From an uncultured delta proteobacterium (lineage in GTDB: Bacteria; Desulfobacterota; BSN033; UBA1163): DNA of 64,000 nucleotides. The stretch is taken from positions 256,001-320,000 of the forward strand of contig CAVPSJ010000017.1 in the NCBI GenBank assembly GCA_963708295.1, in the 5' to 3' direction. The position numbers and the translations under genes are program-made. A model generated the notes under the pieces. The model ran no database searches and was not told the origin of the DNA. It saw only the letters and a program-made list of their open reading frames with translations. This document shows positions 54,278-64,000 of this stretch, piece by piece; the first letter of the stretch is position 1, and every line of letters starts with the position of its first letter.

Positions 54278-54958
54278 TCAGGAAATATTCTCTTTGTTCC
54301 CTTTCACAAAGGCATTCAACGTGGAAAGAATACTTCTCACATTTACAATGTAGACCCTGGATTTGATGCCGTTGCCCCGATGGTATTTGCCAAAATCCTT
54401 CCCGAAGAACTTATAGACATGGCAGGTTAAAAAGATATTGATCGATGGATCCAAGAGTTGGTGGGGCATCAATCCAAAGTCCTTGCCCCAGTGCTCCCAA
54501 TTGATCTGTCCGAGACCGTAGTCGCCGGTCTCCTTGTTGATGCAATCCTCTCTGAAATTGCTTTCGGCCATAATGATCGCAATGATTTCAAGAGGGTTTA
54601 CGCCATTTTTCTGGGAAGCATGGGAGATCAAACCGGCATACCTCAACAGTTTAGCTTCGGGAAGCTGGTTTCCGGTAATGAACCGAATCACATTCGCCAG
54701 ATGCAGAACTTCCTTCACGCTGGAATCGGAGGATTTTGTGATGGAAAGAAATTCCTCCATTCCGGCTGGAAAGTCCGTTCGCAGGCTCTTTTGGGCCAGA
54801 GGCGCAATATATTCGAGCACGAAAAAAGCGGTAACGGCCACGAGGAAGACGACTTTAACAGATTCCAGGACGGTGTGGAGAATCATCCTTTTCTTAAATT
54901 TCGAGTTAAAGTCATGCACCGAGTTACACGTAATCACATGGATGTTGAAAAGCTTCAT
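54278..54958 (-). CDS. SLT-domain lytic transglycosylase-like protein
   Basis: AII.AES.F, DYGLGQIN, LLDP.INI. Confidence 0.82.
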   Translation of the reverse strand: MKLFNIHVITCNSVHDFNSKFKKRMILHTVLESVKVVFLVAVTAFFVLEYIAPLAQKSLRTDFPAGMEEFLSITKSSDSSVKEVLHLANVIRFITGNQLPEAKLLRYAGLISHASQKNGVNPLEIIAIIMAESNFREDCINKETGDYGLGQINWEHWGKDFGLMPHQLLDPSINIFLTCHVYKFFGKDFGKYHRGNGIKSRVYIVNVRSILSTLNAFVKGNKENIS

Positions 54959-55006
54959 TCCCCCTCCTCCTCTTTCAAAATATCCATTCCCTTCATTTAG
55001 TTATGA

Positions 55007-55318
55007 TCAGACCACAACCCTTCTATGAACGGTGCTTTTGGACGGCAGCGGCCCTTTCCTGTTAATCCGGATTTTCTTCTGCAGCTTTCTAAATGCCTCT
55101 TCTTCGGACCGCCTGATCGCCTCTCCCGTTAGACCCCATGCATCACCAATTTCCTCCGGAGTCCAGGGGTATGTGATCCTGCAGCAGCAGTTTCTTATCT
55201 CAAGCGCCTTGTCCGTCATTTGGATTTTGTCTCTATCGAGGCTTAACTCTTCCCAGAATAAGTTGTGAGGACATTTGAAATTCGTACAATATAAATCCGA
55301 ACTCAATCCTGTGCACAT
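55007..55318 (-). CDS. Small Cys-rich protein with sigma70 region-4-like HTH
   Basis: C..F.C.HNL..CCC; T.EEIG..WGLT.E.IR..E..A.RKL. Confidence 0.65.
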   Translation of the reverse strand: MCTGLSSDLYCTNFKCPHNLFWEELSLDRDKIQMTDKALEIRNCCCRITYPWTPEEIGDAWGLTGEAIRRSEEEAFRKLQKKIRINRKGPLPSKSTVHRRVVV

Positions 55319-55487
55319 CTCTCAGCCCTCCTCTCGGCTACTTCTTGCAAAAGAGTGTAATGGTTTTGTGATATTGATATACAAATCCATCTTTCTCTCT
55401 TCTTTCCGATCACCCTCTAGGCGGTACCGTAAACAAATGACCTTATTCATGATGCAATCTCTCACAACTAAAGAATCCCCCAAAAAC

Positions 55488-55518
55488 AAAAAAGCCCGTG
55501 TCAAAGTTGACCACGGGC
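55488..55518 (-). terminator. Terminator-like hairpin upstream of the 55318 gene
   Basis: GCCCGTG(G)TCAA/TTGACACGGGC stem followed by T6. Confidence 0.6.
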
Positions 55519-55972
55519 GAATATTAATGCGATACTTTTTGTTAACCGGGAGACTCCTCATTCATATCACCGTTCATTGTAATTATAAGTTTATTTTTTA
55601 AACAACTTCTTCCTCCAGCATTCTGCAATCGGCACGTTATGTAGTTATTCAAGTCCCGTGCCACAAAAACCATCCGGCAGATCTATTATGCCACTTGACA
55701 ACACCGCACTATTTTTTCACACCTCTTGACAAAACAAGTTTAAGAAATCTTGGGGCGGTTTAGAAGAAATGTGCCGATCGGGCAAACGATTGAGCCAAAA
55801 GGTAAAGAAGGTTTAATAAGTATCAGTAATTACATTTGTTTTTCTAGACTAAAAAGGAGAGTCCTTTTTGGAAATAGGTTTTTATGTAAGTATCCAATTT
55901 TAAAGCAAGAAAGAGGGACCGATGAAAGGTCAGACCTCTGGGGTCGAATTTTTAAAGTCTGGGTCCGCAGAA

Positions 55973-56281
55973 TTAGCCTTCGGCTGGGATGAAGGGTTGG
56001 GCACAATGTTCATTAGAGATCATTTCCTCTTTCTTGGACCGAGGCATCGCTTTTATCTGTGCTTCTCGAATAAGAGCTTCGGAATGCGTCAAACCTCCTT
56101 GTTGATATAACAGCCGGACGGGCAGGCGAGTTCGGGTGTAGGCCGCTCCCCGCCCCTCACCATGTTGCTTGATCCGAACCTGCACATCTTTTGCTATCCC
56201 CGTGTAGAGCGACCCATCCCCGCAGCGGAGGATGTAGACTGTCCAATCCTTTCTCCCCCCTCTCGTCATCCCTTGGATCAT
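55973..56281 (-). CDS. Small GIY-YIG nuclease (UPF0213-like)
   Basis: WTVYILRC.DGSLYTGI..R...H..G.GA.YTR.R.PV..A..RE..IK. Confidence 0.92.
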   Translation of the reverse strand: MIQGMTRGGRKDWTVYILRCGDGSLYTGIAKDVQVRIKQHGEGRGAAYTRTRLPVRLLYQQGGLTHSEALIREAQIKAMPRSKKEEMISNEHCAQPFIPAEG

Positions 56282-56371
56282 TTTCAGGTATTTCGTCTCC
56301 ACATTCTCTCCGGATTGGGGCTTCAAAGGCAATGCAATATCTCGCTTAAGTGCATTCGAGTTTCCCATTCA

Positions 56372-56494
56372 GGAAACGAGGAAATATTTATGCCCACACC
56401 CTGTTGATGGTTGATTGGAATATACAAATTTTATGAAAATTGGTCAACCGAAACCTTTTCAGCAACAAAGACTCAAAGAGGTGGGCTGTTTGTT
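56372..56494 (-). repeat. Array repeat copy 26 (left end apparently displaced to stub at 55940)
   Basis: Right two-thirds of the consensus; GGGGTCGAATTTTTA lies on the far side of the GIY-YIG gene. Confidence 0.9.
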
Positions 56495-56530
56495 AGGATT
56501 ACCAGTAGAAAAGTTGAAAGGAGGATAAAT

Positions 56531-56561
56531 AAAAAGGCAGAGTCTTGTGTGGTCCTGCCTT
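56531..56561 (-). terminator. Rho-independent terminator
   Basis: AAGGCAG/CTGCCTT stem plus T tract. Confidence 0.65.
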
Positions 56562-56585
56562 GGCTTTTGACGATTGAAGATAGGA

Positions 56586-56825
56586 TTAATTCTTAATGGG
56601 CATGTGAGATGGAATGACCCGGGAGAATTTGCCTGTATATTCACTTAGGGTTACCTTTTTGTAAAAAATAGTTTTTTTGCTCTCATTATCACCTAAAAGC
56701 ATTTTCCCCCATTTCATGACCGATGCATCGGTTATTCTTCTTGGGTCTTTTCTCCTTTCTGGTAGTATTCCTATTAAATCGTATTCCTTTACCGGGTCAC
56801 TGCAATAAAATTGATAGACTACCAT
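56586..56825 (-). CDS. Small hypothetical protein
   Basis: GGAGG RBS, 79 aa, LIGILPERRKD..RIT motif. Confidence 0.65.
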   Translation of the reverse strand: MVVYQFYCSDPVKEYDLIGILPERRKDPRRITDASVMKWGKMLLGDNESKKTIFYKKVTLSEYTGKFSRVIPSHMPIKN

Positions 56826-56990
56826 GAGAACTACCTCCCGATCTCGGTTTAAAATTTGTTCTAGGCATCATTCTCTGTTCCTGCATCGATGCTGGTCGAG
56901 GTCATCCATCGCCTTCCGGAAGCCGTTAATGTTTCTTTCTTCTGACAGTCTCTTTCTGCATAGCGGCGCTAAACTCTCCTTCGAACAGGG

Positions 56991-57920
56991 CTACTTGTTG
57001 CGGGATTTATTCTTGAGTTTTTGAGCCACTGCGAGAACGGTGTTGGCATAGATGGAACTCTTGTTGTAACGGAGGATCACTTCGCGCTGAGTGCCTTTAT
57101 CCATGGTGACCTTCCAGCCGTGCTCCCGCAGATAATTGGCAATGCTGTAGGAGGCATCGGCCTTTGTAAAGAGATCGATGCGGCCGTCATGATCGGCGTC
57201 TACTCCATAGGATAAGATATTGGAGGGTAAAAACTGGCAGAGGCCAATTGCTCCGTAGATGGAACCCGGAAAAGTCAACGGGTCGAATTCACTCTGGTTG
57301 GCATACAGGATCAGGGCTTTGAGCTCTGCGTAGGCCCAATCTGCTTTTTTCCGGCAGATGGTTCTGGCAAAGTCTTCATTCCCGGGATTGATCAGTTTTC
57401 TGGGAAGGTAAGGCCTAACGGTTTCGAGGTCTGCGCTGAGTGCCATGGAAGCCAGAGTATTGAAAGCCCGCTTCCCTCCCACGCTATCCCCGAGGTGGGT
57501 TTCCACCAGAAGTATGGAAACGATGATTTCCTTGGGCACGCAGTATTGATGGTTGATGTTTTCCAGAAGCTCTGCGTTCTCCTGGAGGTAAGAGTGCGCT
57601 TGGGCTATCACATTTTCTTTCAGATAACATGAATAGACAACTTTTGGATTGTCGGAGGGAAGTCTTGGCACTTTTTCCATCAACTCCTTGAGCTTGCTGG
57701 ACATGGGAGACGGCTCAAACGTTACCTCAGCCCGGGAGAAAAGAATCCGTACGGTGGTCTCATCAAAACCATCGGCTACTAAACGGTCAATAACAGGAGA
57801 CCAGTCGGCGAACACCCAGCAAGGCGATAATAGGAGGGCGGTGAGGACTGAGACGAATAGGAGCATCCTGAATCTTAGGTGAACTGTTGTTTGGTGCATA
57901 TCCCAATATCCTGATTTCAT
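56991..57920 (-). CDS. mltB: MltB-family lytic murein transglycosylase
   Basis: IIVSIL.VET..G, GS.YGA.G.CQFLPS, D.D.DGRIDL, SIANYL..HGW, YN.S..Y. Confidence 0.88.
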   Translation of the reverse strand: MKSGYWDMHQTTVHLRFRMLLFVSVLTALLLSPCWVFADWSPVIDRLVADGFDETTVRILFSRAEVTFEPSPMSSKLKELMEKVPRLPSDNPKVVYSCYLKENVIAQAHSYLQENAELLENINHQYCVPKEIIVSILLVETHLGDSVGGKRAFNTLASMALSADLETVRPYLPRKLINPGNEDFARTICRKKADWAYAELKALILYANQSEFDPLTFPGSIYGAIGLCQFLPSNILSYGVDADHDGRIDLFTKADASYSIANYLREHGWKVTMDKGTQREVILRYNKSSIYANTVLAVAQKLKNKSRNK

Positions 57921-57951
57921 GGAGGTCCAAATCTCTTATGGGTATGGTATT

Positions 57952-57967
57952 TGCAACTTTGGTGCCG
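57952..57967 (-). promoter_or_regulatory. sigma54 promoter of the mltB-like gene
   Basis: Minus strand CGGCACCAAAGTTGCA (GG-N10-GC). Confidence 0.6.
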
Positions 57968-58243
57968 CATTTTTGTAGCACCGTAACTATTTGTTATTAT
58001 AAATTTATCTTGAACTGCCCGATATTTTAACCAAACTCAAAATTGAAAGGCTTTTCCACAAAAGTCCCGAATTACTTCCCCTAAAGGGGAAGATCTGTTT
58101 TCATTTCTTGTTGTGGGTCGAGGGGATTGTTGATTATCAGAAATCTGGCGAGAAGTGTAGATTCCTAACTTGACGGCTTCAGGAAATACTTCCGACCGCA
58201 GGCCCTTTCACGTTTCAAGGTCAGCGGGGAGGGAGGGTTGGAC

Positions 58244-58663
58244 TCAGATATAATCCTCCCACTTCTGTCCTGTGTCGACCAGGGGTCTAATATCATAGAC
58301 TTCAAATTCTACCGCGGCGTAGATGGCCTTTGCTGCCTCCTCTGAAACTCTCGCAGCAACCTGTTTTCGAAAAGCAATCAGTTCATCTCCCTCGGTCTTG
58401 TAACCGGTCATTCTTAGATAAACTCTGAGTCCCCTCCATTCACTGGTGGTCTTTCCTGGCTCCATAATCATAAAGACAGCGTAAGGGTTCTCCTGAAGGT
58501 TAGCAAAGGTCCGGTTCTTTCTTGTTGCCATGATGACTCTTTTTTCACCTGTCATCCTGGGAGAGCCGAAAATAGCTACATTGACCCGTCCGTCTTTCTC
58601 GGCTGTACTGAGCGAACCGAGCCTGGGCATCTTGTTAAAATATTCCATCAGTTTTGCTGACAT
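58244..58663 (-). CDS. Pyridoxamine 5'-phosphate oxidase-family (FMN split-barrel) protein
   Basis: LSTA..DG.VNVA..GSP..RT..NL.ENP.A. Confidence 0.85.
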   Translation of the reverse strand: MSAKLMEYFNKMPRLGSLSTAEKDGRVNVAIFGSPRMTGEKRVIMATRKNRTFANLQENPYAVFMIMEPGKTTSEWRGLRVYLRMTGYKTEGDELIAFRKQVAARVSEEAAKAIYAAVEFEVYDIRPLVDTGQKWEDYI

Positions 58664-58701
58664 AAAACCCTCCTTCCGTACCAATTAAGCAAATGATTGT
58701 A

Positions 58702-59436
58702 TTATTCTGCCTTCCTCGAATGTGTCCCGATGGTCCAGTTCCTCGTTCTTTTTACAAAATCCTTTACCTCATTTTCATCCCTGAAATCCCCTTGGCCGCA
58801 ATCATCATAATGAACCATCTTTTTCGGATCCCTCATGAACTTCTCACTGGGATGAAGGGCAGGGTAGCCAATGGCCATCATGTCATAAGGCTCCATCTCG
58901 ACCGGAACTCCCAATAGATCCTTTACCATGCAACTTGTGAAGGGAGTGGTGACCGCAGATACCCACTGAGAGGCCAATCCCAGGGTGGCAGCGGCCAAAT
59001 GCATGTATAAAAAAGCACTGGCAAGGCTTGAGGTGAAAGTCAACTGGCAACGATTTTGATCATACCTGAGGCCCATCGGGAGTCCTACCTTGGTTCGGGT
59101 ATCCCCAAGAAGGATGATGAACACAGGCGCTGTGGTAAAATCCATTCCCGCGTCGAGTACGCCCGAAGTCGTCCAGGGTTTTCCCTGCCAGGATTCTCTG
59201 GTGCCCTCCATGCTTTTTGCCAGTTTCCAATATTCGCCGATATATTCAACAATCTTTTTCCTCAGCTCCGGCTTTTTAACCACGACAAACTCCCAAGGTT
59301 GCAGGTTGAAACCCGATGGCGCCCAGCGGGCAACCTCAATGATCTTGTCTATGGACTCATCAGGGATCGGGTCCGGCTTGAAACGACGTATACTCCTTCT
59401 CTTTTTCACCAGCGTCAGCAGGCTATCGTAATCCAT
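58702..59436 (-). CDS. Nitroreductase-family protein
   Basis: RRSIRRF, ARWAPSG.N.QPWEF, LAA..LGL.SQW, IGYP. Confidence 0.92.
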   Translation of the reverse strand: MDYDSLLTLVKKRRSIRRFKPDPIPDESIDKIIEVARWAPSGFNLQPWEFVVVKKPELRKKIVEYIGEYWKLAKSMEGTRESWQGKPWTTSGVLDAGMDFTTAPVFIILLGDTRTKVGLPMGLRYDQNRCQLTFTSSLASAFLYMHLAAATLGLASQWVSAVTTPFTSCMVKDLLGVPVEMEPYDMMAIGYPALHPSEKFMRDPKKMVHYDDCGQGDFRDENEVKDFVKRTRNWTIGTHSRKAE

Positions 59437-59470
59437 GCCAATCTCCTTCTTTTTATCCCCTGTCATTCTC

Positions 59471-59562
59471 TTGGAATATATCTATTTTATGAGAATTGGT
59501 CAACCGAAACCTTCAGGAAGGATGAGCCAGAAAAATGAAGGGATTTGGGGTCAACTCTTTAC
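59471..59562 (-). repeat. Array repeat copy 27 (promoter part only) plus left-end stub at 59547
   Basis: TTGGAATATATCTATTTTATGAGAATTGGTCAACCGAAAC; then GGGGTCAACTCTTTAC. Confidence 0.88.
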
Positions 59563-59669
59563 GGCCGTTGCGCAAATGATGCTTATAACGATCACACATT
59601 CGAGCTGCTTTCAGTTTGCTTTGCTACGAGCTGAGTTGGAGTTCTCCCAAAAGGTTAGCAGGTTAGTTT

Positions 59670-62423
59670 TTAATCCAATAAGGCTAGCTTTCTCTTTATT
59701 TCTTCGGCGTTTTTTGAATTGGGAGAAATCTGAAGATAGTGTTGAAAGGCTTTCTTGGCTTCTGGTTTTCGGTCTAATTTTAAACAAGCATCCCCCAGGT
59801 TAACATAAGCAATGGCACGGTGCGGATCCAGAACAATGGTCTTTTCGAACCAGTTTATTGCTTCTTCATGTTGTTCCAGTTTGTAATACATAAAGCCGGC
59901 ATTATTGGCGGCTAATACGTTGAATTCATCCAACTGGATGACCGCTAAAAACTCTTTTAGCGCTTCGGCATATTTTTTCTCCTTAAACAAAGCATCGCCC
60001 CTTTCTGTGTGTTTCCCGATATCGACACCCATGGATGGGGTTTGGCCTTTTTCTGTTTTGGCCTCAAGATGCTTGTTGACGGATTGGGCATAAGCCAATT
60101 TCTGGTGCAGTTTTTTATTCCGAAGACTTTTTTCTGCGATTTGTTTTCGAATTTGTTCCAACTGGTTATTTATTTCAATTGCTTCTCCATCCAGCTGGGT
60201 GGAGAGTTCGCTCAAAAATTCATTTTCCTGTTTCGGCTCAAAAATAAATTCGCCTCCTTCGCTTCCCGGGAGGTTGCCAAATGCAGGCGTCTGTTTTGAC
60301 AATGCTGAAACACTGGGGCCGACATAGGCCGCCAATTCCGAAGCAGTGATAAACCCATCGCCGTTCAAATCCGCCCGGCCCTCTAACCCTTGCAGAAGCG
60401 TCCAGGTAAAAACAGAATGGCCGTTCGGGCCGTCGTCTGCTACCTGCTCACTCGCTCCGCCGGCAGTCAGCATCTGGCGGGAAATTCGGCGTGAAATCTC
60501 CCGCAGGTAGTTTTCGGTTCGCACGTTACCCGATCCCCGCATTAAGGCCAAGCCGCTGTAGCAGGAATCCATGACGAATAGGACATGTTTGGCAAAGATG
60601 GCTTCCGAGATATCCTGAAAGTTTGTCATGGAAATGGATCGCCCCTGATAATTCTCTACATCCGCCTCCACCGGGACAATGTAGCCCAGATCGCGCCCGC
60701 TGGACAGCTTGCGAGTAATGCCGTGACCCGCAAAAAATACGAAGACCCGGTCATCTCGCTTGACCTTTTCAGGATTACCCATGGTGTCTCCGAGAACCGA
60801 AAGAATTTTTTCACGGGTGGCTTCTTCATTCAGTAACGTGATTATACATTCGGGTTTGAATTTATATTTTCGAATCAATAGTTCGCGGATGGCTTTTGCA
60901 TCGTTGACGGCATAGTTGAGCTTGGGCCAACTCCGGTAATCGTCAATTCCAATGATCACCGCCCAGCTTTCCCTGTACAATGCGGTGATCGCAGGTTGAC
61001 GAGAAGTAGGGGGCTCCGGAGGGGTTTCATCGATAAAATCCTTGCCATTCCAGGTCAGAAAATGATAGCCGTCATTCTTCAAGGTCTCCAGGACGAGAGG
61101 TAGCGCTTCAATGGTACGTTGATGAATGTCGTGGAAGAGAATGATCCCGCGATCCTGTTTGAATACTTCACCCAGCACCCGATTGGCAATGGATTTAGGA
61201 ATCGGATCGGCCCAATCCCTGGAGTCAACATTCCATAAAATGGATTTCAAATGGCTCTCTTGCAAAGCCGCGAGCAATTTCTCATTCTGCGCCCCATACG
61301 GGGGACGAAACAAGGTGATCGGGGTCTGGGTTACCGCTTGAAGCAGTTGATTGGGACGTTCGATTTCATCCAGCAATTCTTTGTCGGCGAGTTTCGGGAG
61401 AAAGGGATGGGTATGACTATGATTCCCAAGAGAAAAACCGGATTTTATGGCACGCTCACTGGCGGCAGCGGCACGGGTGTGCTGAATCGTTTTGTCTTTT
61501 CTAAAAGTGCCCAAATTTTGACCCACTTCAAAAAAGACCGCCTTGACCTGATATTTTTTCAGGATGTTTATGATGCGATCCGTATAGCTTGGGTGAGGAC
61601 CGTCGTCAAAGGTGAGCACCAGTGTTTTGGGAGGGAGTCGGGTGCCTGTCATTCCACGCGAAGAAGATTGCTTTTGAGTGTTTTTGTCGGCTTCTTTCGC
61701 GGGAGAGGGCAACAAATGCGAGTATTCCTTCAAAATATCTTCCCTTTTGAATTTGGTTTTTAGATAGGCCACATACCGCTCCCATGCTTCACGGCGTACA
61801 ATCATCCCCCGGGTTTCAAAACGGCCAAAGATCTTTTCCAGTTCTTTCTCGTAAAGGGCCTGAATTTCGAGCATTGCTTTTCGGTCACCCTCCAATCGAT
61901 CTTGAAGATCCATCTTTAGTTTTTGACTGCCTGGGAGGCCATGCAGTGATTCAGCCATTTGATCAACACTATCCCGAAAGACCAGCTTGTCGGCATCACG
62001 CCATTCAGCAAAGTCTTCCAGTGTGTTGAGGAATTGTTCGACATCAGAGGGTACGATACTAAAATCGGCCATGGATGCACGTTCAAGCTCTCCGTTCAAT
62101 TGTTCTACGAGATCGTTGAGGCGTTGCTGATTTTCATGAAAAAGCATTTCTCCAACGATGGAGGCGGACTCAAGCTGCTGAGCATCCAGTGAAGCATCAT
62201 TTTCGAGTAAAACAATAATTTTCCGATAGGTGTTGACCATGTTTGAAAGATTCTCTTTCAGGGAGGCACTTTCTACCTGAATCGTCTGCTGTGTAGAAGA
62301 GGCTATCTTTAAAGAAGAAGGAGAATGGAGCAACCAGATGAATCCGGCCAGGGCAATGAGTATCGCAACAGAAATAGAAATGATGAGGCGTTTACCCGGT
62401 TTATTCAATGACAATTTACCCAA
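59670..62423 (-). CDS. Polysaccharide deacetylase + caspase-like (C14) + TPR fusion protein
   Basis: TFDDGP, HSHTH, FRPPYG; FFAGHG and DSCYSG dyad; C-terminal TPRs; N-terminal transmembrane segment. Confidence 0.9.
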   Translation of the reverse strand: MGKLSLNKPGKRLIISISVAILIALAGFIWLLHSPSSLKIASSTQQTIQVESASLKENLSNMVNTYRKIIVLLENDASLDAQQLESASIVGEMLFHENQQRLNDLVEQLNGELERASMADFSIVPSDVEQFLNTLEDFAEWRDADKLVFRDSVDQMAESLHGLPGSQKLKMDLQDRLEGDRKAMLEIQALYEKELEKIFGRFETRGMIVRREAWERYVAYLKTKFKREDILKEYSHLLPSPAKEADKNTQKQSSSRGMTGTRLPPKTLVLTFDDGPHPSYTDRIINILKKYQVKAVFFEVGQNLGTFRKDKTIQHTRAAAASERAIKSGFSLGNHSHTHPFLPKLADKELLDEIERPNQLLQAVTQTPITLFRPPYGAQNEKLLAALQESHLKSILWNVDSRDWADPIPKSIANRVLGEVFKQDRGIILFHDIHQRTIEALPLVLETLKNDGYHFLTWNGKDFIDETPPEPPTSRQPAITALYRESWAVIIGIDDYRSWPKLNYAVNDAKAIRELLIRKYKFKPECIITLLNEEATREKILSVLGDTMGNPEKVKRDDRVFVFFAGHGITRKLSSGRDLGYIVPVEADVENYQGRSISMTNFQDISEAIFAKHVLFVMDSCYSGLALMRGSGNVRTENYLREISRRISRQMLTAGGASEQVADDGPNGHSVFTWTLLQGLEGRADLNGDGFITASELAAYVGPSVSALSKQTPAFGNLPGSEGGEFIFEPKQENEFLSELSTQLDGEAIEINNQLEQIRKQIAEKSLRNKKLHQKLAYAQSVNKHLEAKTEKGQTPSMGVDIGKHTERGDALFKEKKYAEALKEFLAVIQLDEFNVLAANNAGFMYYKLEQHEEAINWFEKTIVLDPHRAIAYVNLGDACLKLDRKPEAKKAFQHYLQISPNSKNAEEIKRKLALLD

Positions 62424-62562
62424 TAAAAACTCTTTTGGTATAGTTTTGTTACAAATTTATTGAATTCATGGATAAAACCAACAAGAAATAATTGTTCTCA
62501 AGCGAAAATAACACCTGCTTAAAACTCCTCCTTCGCCAACCATTGAACTTTTAAAGGTGTTA

Positions 62563-62717
62563 AAGCAATAGTCGTGCCAGCCGAATAATGTTTGTAACAG
62601 ATTGAATTTACGTTAAATGTTGAGCTTTTCTTGAACAAAATCCCTCAAAACGGCTAATTCTTATATGTCTCATGACAATCTTGAACTGCCATTCCCCGGC
62701 CACTGACCGGGTTCAGA
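62563..62717 (-). promoter_or_regulatory. sigma54 promoter and upstream module, copy 2
   Basis: TGGCACGACTATTGCT; homologous to 38113-38268. Confidence 0.75.
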
Positions 62718-62900
62718 ATGTCGAGGATCAAATGGGTGCTGAAGAATCAGTTCAAACATCTCAATTCTCAGAGGACGATGAAAACGTGTGTTCTCTTCGA
62801 TTTAATTGACAAGTAAAAAGTGCCGGTCTAGAATGTGAACGAGTGAAATCGGGCAAGTGCCCCCCGCGCCTTGCGGAAAAAGGGGAGGTATTCGAGCAAC

Positions 62901-64000
62901 ATGGCTGATATCAGGCGGATGTTCGATCCCAAAACAATCGCTCTCATTGGTGCAAGCGAGAGAGAGAACTCTACCGGTCGAAACCTGCTTCAGAACCTGT
63001 TGTCCACGAACGGCAGGGAAAGAACAATCTATCCCGTAAACCCAAACAGGAAGAGCGTCCTTAACCTGGAATGCTTTCCCAGTGTTTCTGCCCTACCGAG
63101 AGCCGTCGATCTTGCCGTGATCGTCTCTCCCGCTTCCACGGTCCCCTCGGCTGTCGAAGAATGCGCCAACGCCGGCGTGCAAGGCGTGCTGATCGTTTCC
63201 GGTGGTTTCAGGGAAGCCGGACCCGAGGGCGAGAAGCTTGAGCAAGAAGTAAGTGCGATCGCCAAGCGACATGGACTCAGGATCCTGGGGCCCAATAGTC
63301 TTGGCCTGGTGCGCCCCCACATTGGCTTGAATGCAACCCCATTGAAGACAAACCCGGAAAAAGGCAATATCGCCTTCATTTCGCAGAGCGGCGCATTTGG
63401 AAGGGCCTTGCTCGACTGGGGTATGGACGTGCACATGGGGTTTAGCATGTTTGCGTCGCTGGGCTCTATGATCGACATCGACTTCGGCGATCTGATTGAT
63501 TTTCTCGGACACGATACGCACACGCGCAGTATCATGCTTTACATAGAAGAGGAGGTCGGGGATGTCAAACAATTCGCGAGTGCAGCCCGGGGCTTCGCGC
63601 GCAACAAGCCGATTGTCGTTCTGAAGCCTCCCCGCCGTACGGCGCGAGCCAACCATGCCCTCTCTCACACGGGGCAGATGGCCACCCATGAGAGGGTCTA
63701 CGATGCGGTATTCAAAAGGGTCGGGGTCGTGAGGGTCAAATCTGCTGCCGATCTCTTTAACACGGCGGGCGTGCTTGAGGCCAGACACTTGCCCAAAGGC
63801 ACGAGGCTCATGATCATTACCAATGCATCGGGCCTGGGCGTCATGGCCACGAACGCGTTGAATGAAATCGGAGGACGACTGGCAAGGTGTTCGGAGGAGA
63901 ATGAGCAAAAATTCAGGGCCACTTTGCCCTCGTACTGGAAGCCAACAAATCCCATGGATATCCTGAGGGATGCAGATGTTGAGAGATATGAGCGCGTTGT
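62901..64000 (+). CDS. Acyl-CoA synthetase (NDP-forming) / Pat-type acetyltransferase N-terminal part (runs off window)
   Basis: Translated by eye, absent from the ORF track: MADIRRMFDPKTIALIGASE..YPVNP..VDLAVI..GPNSLG..FISQSGA..SHTG..NPMDI; GGAGG RBS. Confidence 0.9.
   Translation, partial: MADIRRMFDPKTIALIGASERENSTGRNLLQNLLSTNGRERTIYPVNPNRKSVLNLECFPSVSALPRAVDLAVIVSPASTVPSAVEECANAGVQGVLIVSGGFREAGPEGEKLEQEVSAIAKRHGLRILGPNSLGLVRPHIGLNATPLKTNPEKGNIAFISQSGAFGRALLDWGMDVHMGFSMFASLGSMIDIDFGDLIDFLGHDTHTRSIMLYIEEEVGDVKQFASAARGFARNKPIVVLKPPRRTARANHALSHTGQMATHERVYDAVFKRVGVVRVKSAADLFNTAGVLEARHLPKGTRLMIITNASGLGVMATNALNEIGGRLARCSEENEQKFRATLPSYWKPTNPMDILRDADVERYERV

Overview
Bacterial DNA, probably from an anaerobic Desulfobacterota/'Deltaproteobacteria'-type genome (inferred from gene content). 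Several single-base indels look like long-read errors. 1-6.5 kb is a + strand corrinoid methyl-transfer cluster: URO-D/MtaA-like protein, pterin-binding methyltransferase, OPA-type MFS transporter, corrinoid protein and PocR-AraC regulator. From about 7.3 to 59.6 kb the window is an array: about 27 copies (19 near-full, 8 partial) of one degenerate ~190-bp non-coding repeat, all in the same orientation and about 1.9 kb apart on average. They separate unrelated cargo segments of one to a few genes (hydrolases, oxidoreductases, transporters, a toxin-antitoxin pair, secreted proteins). The repeat has a fixed GGGGTC left terminus that can fold with an internal GACCCC. Most copies carry a minus-strand sigma70-like promoter (TTGACC-N17-TATATT) facing the neighbouring cargo, and the nearest gene is co-oriented for 23 of 27 copies. 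Several cargo genes are cut off at repeat junctions, which suggests a promoter-supplying gene-capture array unlike an integron or CRISPR. No integrase or transposase is visible in the window. Also found: an uncalled UxxC selenoprotein with a SECIS-like hairpin, two IS200/IS605-like miniature elements, a duplicated 16-codon uORF/hairpin leader and a duplicated sigma54 promoter module. The window ends in an acyl-CoA synthetase (NDP-forming)-like gene. No rRNA, tRNA or CRISPR array was seen.
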